A stretch of 64,000 bases of DNA from Octopus sinensis (taxonomy: Eukaryota), in NCBI RefSeq assembly GCF_006345805.1, contig NC_043007.1, positions 54,994,001-55,058,000 of the forward strand. The letters run 5' to 3'. The notes under the pieces are model-generated. The model saw nothing but the letters and a program-made list of their open reading frames with translations, searched no databases and was not told the origin of the DNA. Every line of letters begins with the position of its first letter. Position 1 is the first letter of the stretch. Shown here in pieces: positions 39,150 to 52,270 of the stretch. The position numbers and the translations under genes are program-made.

Positions 39150-39700
39150 TTGCGTATGTTCGTATATCCTGTTTGAGGATGTCCCTTGATATTAGGTAGC
39201 TGGCTATTTCCAATGTTATTAGGCCTTTGCTTAATCTGGTTTGAGTGTAATAAGGGATATACGGTGTTCCGTGCTAAGGTAGCAAAAGAATATTTCCAGA
39301 ATTATTATTACATGAATGTCGTGTGGGATAATAAATGTCTTCTAATTCCAAGAAGACTTTGTTTTTAGAGCCATTAAAAATGTGTTGCTTTATTAAAATT
39401 TTTTGTTGCCAGTTTTCCAAATTTTATTTTAGTATGTAAAACATATTTTGAAAATGTATTCTGTGTAGACCTGTGACACAGGAGAGGGAGATAACTATAT
39501 TTCCTGTCCTTAGCATTGCTGTTATTGTTGTCAAGCTTCTTGATTGTGCCATGTTTTTTGCAGGGTTTTGTAAATTATGTTGCTAGGTGAACAATATTGA
39601 AATTTTCTACTTTTGTAAAAGGATTTTCTTATTTTCTTACTGGCAGAAACATTGATTGTGTCGTTTGCATGAAAAAATTACATCGTTCTACCAACTTTCA
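39150..39700 (-). mobile_element. Very decayed possible PLE endonuclease region
   Basis: Weak minus-strand similarity only (TFSKYV..., Asn/Lys-rich). Confidence 0.25.
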
Positions 39701-39747
39701 AGCCGTGACCACCTCGTTTTCTTTTCTGTTGTATTATAAATAAGTAC

Positions 39748-39890
39748 TGAGTTCAAATTCCACCGAGGTTGACTTTTACATTTCGTCCTTTCAGGGTCGA
39801 TAAAATAAATGAAAGGTTAGTACAGTGGTAGATGTAATCGATTAACCACTCCTCCAAATTGCTGGCTTTGTGCAAAAAATTGAAACCAGG
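39748..39890 (+). mobile_element. MetaSINE-like SINE
   Basis: GAGTTCAAATTCCACCGAGGTTGACTTT...CCTTTCAGGGTCGATAAAATAA. Confidence 0.8.
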
Positions 39891-40039
39891 ACTGTTGTAT
39901 TTGGTGCAGTAACTCCTTTTTAAGGCGGTAGAATAATAGCTGGAGATTTGGCTGCCATTTGTAGCGCTACCACCGACAAAATCTCTAATTGTCACGGTTG
40001 GATTGTCTTTCTGTTCGACCAAGCTTGGCTTGTGGCTAA

Positions 40040-40040
<1 letters not shown>

Positions 40041-40105
<65 letters not shown>

Positions 40106-40140
40106 GTTTCTGCTGCTGCTGCTGCTGCTATTGCTGCTGC
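40041..40140. repeat. (CTA)n-(CTG)n compound microsatellite
   Basis: Direct reading. Confidence 0.95.
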
Positions 40141-40142
40141 TT

Positions 40143-40520
40143 TCAAGTTTTGGCACAAGGCCAGCAGTTTCGGAGAAGGGATAAGTCGATTACATTATTA
40201 GATCGACCCCAGTACTCAATGGTACTTATTTTATCGACTCCGAAACAAGGAAAGGCAAAGTGAACCTCGGTGGAATTTGAACTCAGAACGTAAAAACGGA
40301 CTAAATGCCGCTAAGCATTCTGCCCGACGTGCTAACGATTCTGTCAAGACCAGTAATTTTGAGCAGAGGTGGTTAATCAATTACATTGATCTTAATACTT
40401 GATTGGTGCTTTATTTTATTGACTCGGAAAGTGATGAAAGGTAAAGTTGACCGGGGTGTGGTTTGAAATAAGAGCATAAATAAATACCACAAGGTACTTC
40501 CCCGATACGCCAACGATTTT
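40143..40520 (-). mobile_element. Two tandem MetaSINE-like SINE copies
   Basis: Core motif at ~40220-40290 and ~40405-40470. Confidence 0.8.
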
Positions 40521-40782
40521 GCCTAACCATTCAAATATTTGTCACTTTTTTCAATAGCTTAATATAGATAGATGGATAGTGGAGGTTCCTATCTATCCAT
40601 ATAACAATCGATTCATTGATTGATAATTTATTCATCGATCCATCAATTGACCTAATAATTCATCCAAAGATTATTCAATATAAGCACACAAATGTTTCCC
40701 GTGATCCCCTTATGACTTGAACGATCTACTCGTCTATGTATGACTCCATGTGTCCTATCTGCCACGGTGGAAAGACAAGTGG

Positions 40783-40932
40783 ATTCATTCACGAGAAGAG
40801 AGAAGGACAAATAAGTTCATACACGAGATGGAGAGAGGGTTAAAGAGGTTCACACACGAGATAGAGAGGGGGACAAATAGGTTCATACACGAGATAAAGA
40901 GAAGAACAGATAAGTTCATACGCGAGATGAAG
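40783..40932. repeat. 33-bp minisatellite, ~4.5 copies
   Basis: Unit approximately TTCATACACGAGATAGAGAGGGGGACAAATAGG. Confidence 0.8.
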
Positions 40933-40999
40933 ACAAGGGCGAGAATAGTTATCAATTCGCTCCTCCTTCCATCTTAATATTAATGTCTCCGTTCTTCCA

Positions 41000-41153
41000 A
41001 TTTTACGTCTGAGTTCAGATGCTGCCGGGGGTTGACTTTATCTTTCATCCTTTCGGGTTCGGTAAAATAAGTACCAACCGAGAACTGGGGTTGATGTAAT
41101 TTACTTGTAACCCCGCCCTACAGTTGCTGGCCTTGTGCCATAATTTGAAACCA
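41000..41153 (+). mobile_element. MetaSINE-like SINE
   Basis: CTTTCATCCTTTCGGGTTCGGTAAAATAAGTACC. Confidence 0.8.
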
Positions 41154-41415
41154 ATATTGATGTGTTAATGAATCCAGCCATATACATAGTCACCTGTGTC
41201 ACCAGCCATTGTTTACTGATACACCATTCTTTTCAGTTACCCATTCAGAAATTCAATGACATATCCATGTTTCTTACACAACAATCTATCGAGCCAGCCT
41301 TCCATGCAATCCCTGACCCATTCATTGATCAACCGTTAAATCAGCTTTCTATTTATATAGCATCATCCATCTGTCCGTCCGTCCATCCGTCCGTCCGTTT
41401 GTCTGTCTGTCTGCC

Positions 41416-41465
<50 letters not shown>

Positions 41466-42459
41466 TCTATCTGTTTGGCCACTTGTACCTCTACTAATCT
41501 TGTCTCCATCTGCCCGTCTCAATAAGCACATATTTTATACTACCCAGTAACCAAACCAAATATACAAAGATCCAGCCACCAATAGATTCATCACTCAATT
41601 GATTTATCCATCAATCAAGTCTTCGATAGAATTACCATTCTCGCACCCCCCTCTTTTCCTAACTATAACCGTCCGATTGTATTTTAATTTCTCCAACCGT
41701 ATCTTTATCGATCCAACCACCCGTCAATCTCAATATCCAGCGCTCCATTGATCCATTCGTCTGTTCTTTTGTATCTTAACCCGTACACTTGTATCTCCAT
41801 TGATCCAACTATCCATCGATCTTACTAGCAATCGATCAATCCATTCAATGATCCGTCCGTTCATTTAATTTTTAACCCGTCCACCCGCATCTACATCGAT
41901 CCAACAATCCATACCACATTCTTGCCATTTTCTCGACATGTCACTCCCTCTCTCCATAGTTCCCCATTTTATCTCTTACTTGTCCTACAATCTTCTTATT
42001 CCTATTTCTCTCCAGTTCTCTATCATATCACTTTCTCACTTTCCACCCTCTCTCTCTCACCGCTACCTCACTTTTCCACCCATTTTCTCAGCTCTCTCTT
42101 CTTCGTCTCTTTTTCTCTCTCTCTCTCCTCTGTTTCCCGCTCTCTAACCATCACGTTCACCCTCACATAACTTCAGACTTACAATTCCGACATGTATACC
42201 TTTATAACGAACAAAGCAAATCTTAAGCTAAAATTCTCGCGGCCGCCATTAGTGGCTATTGATGCTTTCGGTTAACGATTGGCTCATTCACTCAGAAAAT
42301 CCCCGAAAGAACAAATCTTTAAAATCATTTCTCATCCTCGCCATAAAATTTTCGTTGCAAACGAAAACAAAAGCATAATCTACAGGGAATATACAAATAA
42401 CAGCTACAACTATAACTTTAATTTCAAACGCGCGCGCATGTGTGAGTGTGTGTGTGTGC

Positions 42460-42503
<44 letters not shown>

Positions 42504-42595
42504 TCAATACACACACAGAGACGTGTTTGCATGTATATATACATATGTATACATGTGTATGTATATACACGATGACTGCATATCTATCTATATGA

Positions 42596-42647
<52 letters not shown>

Positions 42648-43594
42648 AAAGATATGTGCTCTAATATGTAAAATAAATTAGATTATGTGTATGTATGCAA
42701 GTATGTAGACACGCACACACACATACGCACGCGCGCGCGCGCACACACACACACACACACTTACACACACAAATACACACATATATTTTCTCATAGTTTA
42801 TAACTTTCTTTCCACTTACGCTACCAGCAAAAGTAATTTCGATACAATCACAGCTTCGCTCCATTCTCCCACCACCACAACAAAAAGAAAGGAATTGTTA
42901 TGGTTAAATCCGTGGAGGAAATTTTGGCATTCTTTTACCTCTCATTAGTTAATTTGATAAAAAAAATTTGACCCAAATACCAAATACTGTTCTTTGAATG
43001 GCTTTTGCAATTCCATAATCAGACACAGTTCTTCTCATGAAACCAGAATACTTGTTTATCTGGCATTTTCTAAAATTCAACGGTGAAGCTATTCATATGC
43101 CGAACGCAATTCATTGCAAGGCAGATCAAGGCGACTTATCAATACTTTGTTAATTTTATTGACTCGACTTTAGGATAAAAGAATTAAAAAAAATGTGGAA
43201 AATAGAAAAGAAAGAATCATTGTTAATACACTCCTGTTGTTTCCTAAATTACTGCGATCATTTAATTAGGGAGTGTTTCTGAAGTATCTTTTCGTACTAA
43301 CCAAACATAATTAACCGTCTTTACACGATATCTTTCATTTCTTCTTTTCTTTCTTCTCTCTCTCTATCTCCTCTCTTTTATAGACTTCAGTTTTTGGCGA
43401 AACACAGTTTCGATTCTCAGTTTAAATAATTTCTCTTGTATGACATTAATATTCTTGTTAAAAGTATAAATGATGAACAGTCTTCTCTCTGATGAATTTC
43501 GTAATTTCATCGTTTTGTATCAAGGTAAAAATACCAGCCATGAATAGAATTTGGTTATTAGTGTCCAGCTGAATTCATTCGACTTCAGTGATAA

Positions 43595-46052
43595 CACTGG
43601 ACAACAAAGATTTTGCTACTGGAGTAAAAGCATATGTTTTAGACTAAATCGAGGATGTTGATTCCGAATCCGCACTCAGAATTATTCCAGCACGTCAGGA
43701 TTTTGAGTTACGCGCATGTGCAAGATTATAACTATACTTTCGGCTAGATATAGGCCGTATTATAAAATTTGCTAAAATAAAAGAGGTCTTAATTCAAAAC
43801 TAAAGAAATAACAGCAATAAAACAAACTATGTGAAAATTCATTATTTAGTTTAGCAATAGATGGCGCTGAGGTATTGTGTTTAATGCCAAATATGTCAGT
43901 TTGTTCTTGGTAACTCTCAGTGTCGTTTGCGCTGCCGCCAAGTGTGGTGTATGTATCTCACACTCTGCTTGATTACTGTTTTAACTGTGTTCATTGTGTT
44001 AGATCATGAATAGGAAAGGCTGTGTGAATCACCCAGACAACTTTTGTTTTGTCTGTGGAAAATTTGCTCCGCGTGACCAGCAGAAGAACATTGCCACCAA
44101 ATTAAAAATAGGCTGTACCATGTCTTTTGCGGGTCTGCCAGTGGCATATGCTGCACATTGTACTAACCAACTATGCGCTCATCTCTTTTAGGCTAGTCTT
44201 TTACAGTTAATGACTGCTGTCGTTGCGGCTGTTCCAAACACGCAAGAAGCACATATTTTTGGTATATCCCGTGTGTTACTTAGGACTTACACAGTGACTG
44301 AATGGAAAATGGAAGGGAATACCTTTTGCAGTACAAATGATATGGCGTGAGCCAACTAATCATGTCTTTGATTGTTACTTTTGCATGACTAATATTAGTA
44401 GTCTCTCAAAGAAAACCAAAGCAAAAGTTGTGCATGCCGATTATAAACCGGCTCTAAAATCGGTACCACATGACTTCGAAAACTCTGTCCCAGTTCCCCT
44501 CTCACACTTGAAGACCTTGACAGGTCGCACGATTAATCCCTGTTTCTCCTATCGACGAAGAGTACGTAGTTGATTCTAAAAAAAATGATCCACGCTTGTT
44601 TAATCAAGAAGATTTGAACGATTTAGTAAGATACCTAGCATTGTCAAACGAGGAGGCAGAAGTTTTGGGATCCAGACTACAGCAACGGAATCTCCTATAG
44701 CAAGGTACAAAAATGTCCATTTTCCGTTCTCGCCATGAAGGCTTATCTGCCTTTTTCAAATAAGAAAATAATGCTTGTTCCTGCACTGACGTTAAAGCAC
44801 TCATGCTAAAACTAAGACACGTGCATGTGGCTAACGAAAGAAGATTGTTTATAGACTCGAGTAAGGTTAGCCTTAAAGCTGTCTTATTACATAATGGTAA
44901 TGAAAAACCTTCCATTCCTGTCGGTCATGCTGTCGGTATGAAATAAACTGATGAATCGATGGAACTCATTCTGAAAGGAGTTAATTTACTCAGTTCATAA
45001 GTGGAATATTTGTGGTGATTCAAAGGTGATTTTTCCTTTTCCTAGGACTGCAGTTGGGATATACCAAAAATATGTGCTTCTTGCGTGTTTGGAACAGCCG
45101 CAACGACAGCAGTCATTAACTGTAAAAGACTGGCCTAAAAGAGATGAGCGCATAGTTGGTTAGTACAATGTGCAGCATATGCCACTGGCAGACCCGCAAA
45201 AGATCTTCCTTCCAACCCTTCACATCAAACTCGGCCTCATGAAAAACCCCGTAAAAGCAATGACACACTATGGTTGTGGCTTCCAGTACCTAAAAGTAAA
45301 ATTTGGTGCTGAGAAAAGTGATGCAAAACTGAAAGCAAACATTTTCATTGGACCCGAGATCAGAGAATTGATGTCTGATTGCAAAGTCAGAGGTAAACTG
45401 AATCCAGTTGAGCTGACGGCATGGGATTCATTCGTGTTAGTGTTACAGAACTTTCTTGGAAATCATAGACCTAAAACTATGCTGATTTGATAAACAACAT
45501 GCTAACAGCGTATGAAAGAATGGGATGCCGAATGTCTCTTAAAATGCATTTCTTGCATTCTCATCTTGATTTTTTGCCAACGAATCTTGGTGCCGTTAGT
45601 GATGAGCATGGTGAGAGGTTCCGATAGGACATATCTGAGATGGAAACAAAGTATCAAGGCCGGTTCAATCCACACATTATGGGTGACTACTGCTGGTTCC
45701 TGCAACGGGAGACCAACACGACGCATAAGCGCAAGTGCAAGTATCTCAAACATTTTTGAGCTGAGCATATAAAAAAATAAAGGGCGTATTCCCTTAACTA
45801 AATATACTATGTACCATTGTATTATTATATTATTTGCCTTGAACACAAATATACTAAATATAGTACTAATATACTTTTATAATAATTATTTACCTCGAAC
45901 TTAACTATTCATGATACTAATATAGTATTAATATATAATTATGCGCATAACTCAAAATCCTGAGTTCAGATTCGGAATCAGCATACTCGATTTAGTCTAG
46001 TACAGCACCATTTGTCTGGGTAACAGACAATAATTTTTTTTGTTGCCCAGTG
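43595..46052 (+). mobile_element. Chapaev3-like (CMC) DNA transposon, full-length with pseudogenised transposase
   Basis: TIRs CACTGGACAACAAA / TTTGTTGCCCAGTG; subterminal inverted repeat ~43640-43716/45942-45999; transposase from ATG 44006 with CVNHPDNFCFVCG, WREPTNHVFDCYFC, DSSKVSLKAVLLHNGN, LHIKLGLMKN and HFLHSHLD...SDEHGERF. Confidence 0.85.
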
Positions 46053-47599
46053 GAGATATATGAGCGTCCTGGTTTATGATATTGCTACCCACATAAATCT
46101 GAAGTGTTGTTTGTGGTAAAGAAACGGCAAAACCGATGTTTTTCTCTGAACCATTTGTGGCTTAGAAAAGTCAGGCTTGTTCAAGAGCAAGACTACATAA
46201 ATATCAATTTGCAGAATGATTTTATTCAGTGAGTGTATATAGGCTTAATAGAAGAAGCCTACATTTGGTAGTTTGAACAAAATCCTAGGATCATTGCTTA
46301 ACTCTGGTTTAATCGTATTAACCGATAAAATTAACCATAGAGAAAGGCGACATTATGTCTGATTGCTTTGCCAGTATTAGTTATCCCATTAAAAGTGCAC
46401 ACACCGCAAGTAGTGACTGTATTTACAGCATGCAGCCTATATGTAAAAAGAATTTTGGTGTGAGTATTTATTTTCTCAGTTCCTAAGATGAAGAACAAAA
46501 TTGTTACAATATAGAGCTCCCCTAGATTCATCCTCGGCCTGATAAATCCATCTTGCATGTTACCACACGTTACCAACTCTCATGTTACCTATTTAAACGC
46601 GCATGTACCATGCTTTGAGAAAAGTTACCTTTTACTACAGAAATATATGCTTAAGTACATGTGAACATATTTGATCTTGATATGAACATTCTTTTTAAAT
46701 CAAAATCCAAGGTTATAAGAGCGTTTTTGCATTTAATATTGCAGAGCTATGAAAACCATCAAATAACGCCTTATCGCAAACACAAAAATTAAGATTTTAC
46801 TATGTCTATTATTGGGTGTCTCCTTATTTCACATATTGCTGCCAATAAATCACAAAATATACTGTTTCCAGACAATTTTCAGCTTTAGTTAAAATAGTCT
46901 ATAATCTAAATTTATAACACGCTCTTGGCTTTGACAATTATCAGCCGACATCTTATTCTACACGTGACATATGACATTGCTGTGGCTGCTTCTATCCGTA
47001 TTTTTGATAAACATCTCGAAAACAAACAAACAAAAAGCACTAATTAGTTAATAGTGATAATACCGAATACATCAGATGGAACTTTTAGTTCCATCCACCA
47101 TCATATTTTAAATTCAAACTTCAGTCTTAACTGTGACCAACAATAAGTTACAACTAATATTAATTACGATGACCATCATAATTCATCGGTAGTATAGTAA
47201 TAATTCCACTTGTCGGGCAGGAGATAGGGGTTTTGATTCCCAGCCAGGGAAGTTGTCTGAGTTTGAGCGCAGGTATCACTGAGTGACTTTTAGAGGTTCA
47301 CATCACAACATATAATTCCGGTTTCAATTCTTCTGTACAGAACATTGGAAAAGTTTCTTCAAGTATAACCCGAAGTCGACTAAAGGGCGAGGAATAAAAT
47401 TTTGTAGAAGAAAACTGTGCGGAAGATAAAGTTACCAATTAACCATCCCTTTTTCTTCCTTTGAATGAGATCCAATTTATAATCAGTCTGTCATGGTTAC
47501 AGAAGATGCGGGGTTCAAGTCCTGCAGAGGCTTTCCGTCTATTTCCACACAGAATTTTTTTAATATAGTATATTATAAGTTATTATTTATAATGTATTC

Positions 47600-47760
47600 T
47601 TAAGGCAGCGAGCTGACAGACTCGTCATCGCGCGAAGCAAACTACTTAGCAATATTTCTTCCGGCATTTTACGTTCTGAGTTCAAATGCTGTCGAGGTTG
47701 AGTTCGTCTTTCATCTCTTTGGTGTCGATCAAATAAATACCAGTTGAATAGTGGAGTTAA
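47600..47760 (+). mobile_element. MetaSINE-like SINE
   Basis: TAAGGCAGCGAGCTGACAG...GAGTTCAAATGC...GTCGATCAAATAAATACCAG. Confidence 0.8.
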
Positions 47761-48035
47761 ATGACATACATTCATGCTTACGTATGTATGCATACATGCA
47801 CACTGAGACACACGCGCGCGTGCACAAACACACACACACACACACAAATATAGTGTCAAAAGTTGGTGGGAAGGTGGAGGTTAGTAAGACTAATACTCAT
47901 ATGAGTACTCGCTATAATGAGGCAGAGTGGATATATTGAGTGGAGCCCGACAAAAAAACTTCGATCCTTTCAACGTTCCATAGAGTATGGATCGAAGGTA
48001 TGGACCATCAGATGAGACATACATATATTAGAGCT

Positions 48036-48257
<222 letters not shown>

Positions 48258-49667
48258 CCCTGTACAATTCTGCCTATATACGTAAACGTTCAGCATATGT
48301 GCGTCATTGTATTTATTCTGCGTCTATACGCTAGGTTAAACACACACATACTCGTATACATCTACATCACAAACATTCTTTCCTCCAGAATATTCTAACT
48401 TACACTTCATTATGCTATTGAACTTTTCGTTTTGGCCACTTATCAAGTTGATAGCATTAGTATTTTGTTACTTCTTACTCCCAACTCAATACGAGGTCAA
48501 ACTATCAAGCTTGTTCTGCTCAACATTGTTTGTTTCATTCTTAGAACAGAGTATTGATTCTGGCATATCCGAACGATCCGTCTCTGCCATTAATATTCAG
48601 ACTATTTCCAATTCTTTTGAAAAAGAAACAAAGAACTGTCGTCTCTACATTTGTAACAATGCAAATATACACACATGATAACATTATAAACAGACAGTCG
48701 CATACATGGTTATGTGTATACAATTTTACATACATCCTTAAAAATATAAATGTAACCAAAACTCCTAAAAGCTCGTAGAAATTGATAAACTGTAGTTTCA
48801 TGATATCTACTGTCAGTAACTGATCTGGAACCCACAGCTAATATCTCGGTAGAACTGGCTAGATTGTTGAAGATTTCATCGCCCTCACTTCAGTATTCAC
48901 TCAACTCATCCCTACCAATATCCACCGAGAGTCATATAAAGGGACACCCGCCCTCCTAAGGCATAGCAAGATTATCATCTTTGTTTTGTCACTGAAATAA
49001 CTACAATAGATCTGAACTCGTTATCTAAGAGTTGGTCGGCAAATATTTTCAACAGCTCAGCGTTTCGATTCTATTTTTCTTACAACTACATGTCAGACTT
49101 GTAAGAATAGATTATAGATTAACTAAATAATTGTGATTTTTAGCTTTGTAACTTGAATGAACAAACAAGATATAATAAAGCGGATGAATACGATCAATTT
49201 AAACACTATGTAATTAATTTGGTGCAGTCGGCGTACTACTTATTTAATCTAATATTTTCTATATTTATTTTCAAATATCTGAAAAGAACGACATATAATC
49301 AGAAAGATAAAATAGCTGTATATCAAATATAGTCAGCTGCAAAAGCAAATTAAAAAAAAAATGCTTTTCAGAGTTCTTGGCTATATTCCTATCAACAAAA
49401 GGTGATTTACTGGCAGCTATCTATTAGAATCTCTAAGTAACTATCGTTTGACAGTCACTTTTTAGAAACGAACACGCTCCCAAGATTTCAAGTAAGTCTG
49501 CAATAATAATATATACTTTCTAAATTGGATTATAATATATTTTAGCGAAGTTTTAATTCTTGAAGGTCAAGTATTAGATGAAAAACGAGAAATAGTTCTA
49601 GCTCTGGAGCTGGAGGAAAAAGTCTTCAAAAAAGAACTGAAAAATTACTTTACATTTCTAATTTACT

Positions 49668-49875
49668 ATAAGGCAGCGAGCTGGCAGAACCGCGAGCACG
49701 CCAGAAAATGTGGCATTTTGTCTCTCTTTGTGTTCTGAGTTTGATTCTGCCGAGGTCGTCTTTGCCTTTCATCCTTTTCGGGTGGATAAAATAAGTATCA
49801 GTCAAGTACTGGAGTCAATGTTATCGACTTCTCCCTCCCCTCAAAAACTGCTGGCCCTGTGCCAAAATTTGAAGC
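49668..49875 (+). mobile_element. MetaSINE-like SINE, near full-length
   Basis: TAAGGCAGCGAGCTGGCAGAA...CCTTTCATCCTTTTCGGGTGGATAAAATAAGTA...GTGCCAAAATTTGAA. Confidence 0.85.
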
Positions 49876-50159
49876 CATTTCTAATATACTGTGGATTTGT
49901 AATACTAAGTTAAATTTGTTTACCATCTGAGTTTAAATGTTGTCAGAGTCAACTTTGCTTCTTATCTTTCCGCAGAAATAAACTAGTGTTCGATTATATC
50001 GACCAAATCCTTCTTTCAATTCCAATACAAGGTGCAGCCATAGGCAACGTTTTCTATACTTACTGATCAAAAGCGACACACTATTTCGTGTACGCACGCA
50101 CACGTGCACTGTGTCTGTTTATTTGTCTTCCCGCTGTCTCATTAATGTTTCTCTTGAAC

Positions 50160-51084
50160 TATTGCAGGTTAACACCTGCGGGTAAAAACATGAACAGGAA
50201 GAAAGTTCAAGAGGGATGACGTTCTGAGAAGAAAGGAATGAATGTACTGGTTGATGTGGGGTTTGAGGTCTTAGACACAACATCGGTGACGACAGAAGAA
50301 ATGTGTGATTTAGGAATGCCTGGGTGGGAGTGGCATGATTCTATCCAGCTCTGAGGTCTTTATTATAGCGGTAGAAAAGGCAAGTAGAGATGACAGCACG
50401 TTTGTGGGCTAGAGGCTGAAGCATGTCTATGCCAGTCAGTAAGATAGCTCTTTTCTAGATGCGGTCTGCGCAGTAGCAGCACTGTTCTTGACGTAAGAAC
50501 AGTGCCCCATTACGGGGAATTTTTTAGTTTCAATAATTGTTGGGGGATGAAGTAACTTCTAGCCCCGAAAAAAAGGGCAAGAAATTAGGATTCGGTTTTA
50601 GCTATGTTAACGATGTACTTTCGCCAGATGTCCTTGGTAATGAAGCCAGATGTTTAGAGAAACCGCGAGAGATTTAGATGCGTGTAACTCATAGTTAATG
50701 TTGTGTGTGTGTGGTGCAATGATGTTTTCTTGATATGAGTAGCATCCGTACTTCCTTGCTGTTGAAAGAGGTAAGATTGGCATATTATTAATGGAGTTGA
50801 TAGAATGAAAATCAGAAGTGCTCTCTCAACTCACGCTGTGATACTGTGATCTGATAGGAAGCTAATAATCCAAGAGATATAGGTGGAGTCCAAAGATGGG
50901 CAGTTTTAATAGATTTTCATGCTAGATACATTATAAAGCTTTGCTGATATGGAGAGCGACAACATTGTTTTTACCAAATTCTTATAAGGCGAAAGTCCAC
51001 TGGGTGTAGACATTTCACAGTAGAGATCACTAGTGGATCAAGTAGTAAGGAAACGGAAAAAGAAAAGAAGCAGAGAGAGAGAGA

Positions 51085-51171
<87 letters not shown>

Positions 51172-51530
51172 AGTTTTCGAGGACGTTGTCATTAATTACT
51201 TTTTCCATTTCTTCGGAGACACTGAAAGTGAGTGAGAGAGTTCGACATCTCGTTGAGTGAGACAAATTCGCCTTTCGCCTGAATAGGACAGCTAATAACA
51301 ACGGGGAAAGCCTTTACCGTGGTGCTATTGCTTACAGAAACATCGTTGTTGTGAAGTTGACGGAAAAGGATTCTGCAAAGAACGGCTGTAGTTTGAGAGG
51401 TGAGACAGCTAGACAGCTTTGCGATCCACAAATTCGTCTTTCGCGGCATGGTCTTGGTAAACACCACCCAGTTTTGGACGAGCAGGTGAGCTTCTTCAGA
51501 TGTATAGGCCTTGTTTCTAGTTTACCTGAA
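50160..51530 (-). mobile_element. Very decayed LINE RT region interrupted by (GT)n(GA)n
   Basis: Minus-strand VVALHISKA (cf. VALDISKAFD) at ~50940-50966; other motifs eroded. Confidence 0.4.
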
Positions 51531-51609
51531 TAGCTTCAGTGCAGTTACGAAAGAACTTCCTGTGGAACTTGGGGTATTGAGTGTTTGTTGTGTGAGTGAT
51601 ATGGAGTTC

Positions 51610-52270
51610 AGTTCAGTTTCAGTTCCTCCCACACTCTAGATCCCATTGCACTGAAACCACTAGTTTCTGTTGGTTGCGGTTTTCACCGTTTCCGATGATG
51701 TGATTATTGGCCTCTCTCATGTCGGTTATGGATATTCTGCGCCATGTAGTTTTTGGTATTCCTATCTTTCTTTCTCCCTTCCAATGGTGTCCATTTGAAA
51801 GTTGTTTTGGAAAGTCGTTCGCTAAATGGTTTGTGTTGGCTCTCTCCAGAATGTTTTCACTGGTTATGTGGTCCTGCAAGTTCGTTCACATAATCCCTCT
51901 CAAGCATCTTTGGTGGAACACGTTTAGTTTCCTGTCGTGCTCTTCCACGTCTCACTGGCACAGAGAACTTTTGTTTAAACCGTGCAATTTATAGAACTGG
52001 ATCTTTGTGAGTTAGCCGATGGTGTATAGGACCAGCTAGTACACATTATCTGGAACACGGCGGCGGCTTTGCTAATTCCATGGTCGACGTCAATCTCTAT
52101 ATCGTCATTGTTACTGATGGTGGTACTCAGATAGGTGAATCTGTTTAAATGTCTCGATATTTTGCTGGATGATCTTTATGTTCGTTCTTATTCGACAGTC
52201 ATAGTTTATAATATTCGTTGTTTTGGTCTTCTCAACACGGACTTTCAGATCAGTCTTTCCAGTACGCGGA
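51610..52270 (-). mobile_element. RTE-clade LINE 3' fragment
   Basis: FTYLSTI...DVDHGISKAAAVF, LNVFHQRCLRGI, QDHITSENILERA and GERKIGIPKTTWRR; (ACTGA)n-like tail. Confidence 0.8.

Noticed and set aside
40750-40977. ORF with an 11-aa repeat (RFTHEIERGTN)
   Set aside because: Explained by the 33-bp minisatellite; no unique spacers and no coding support
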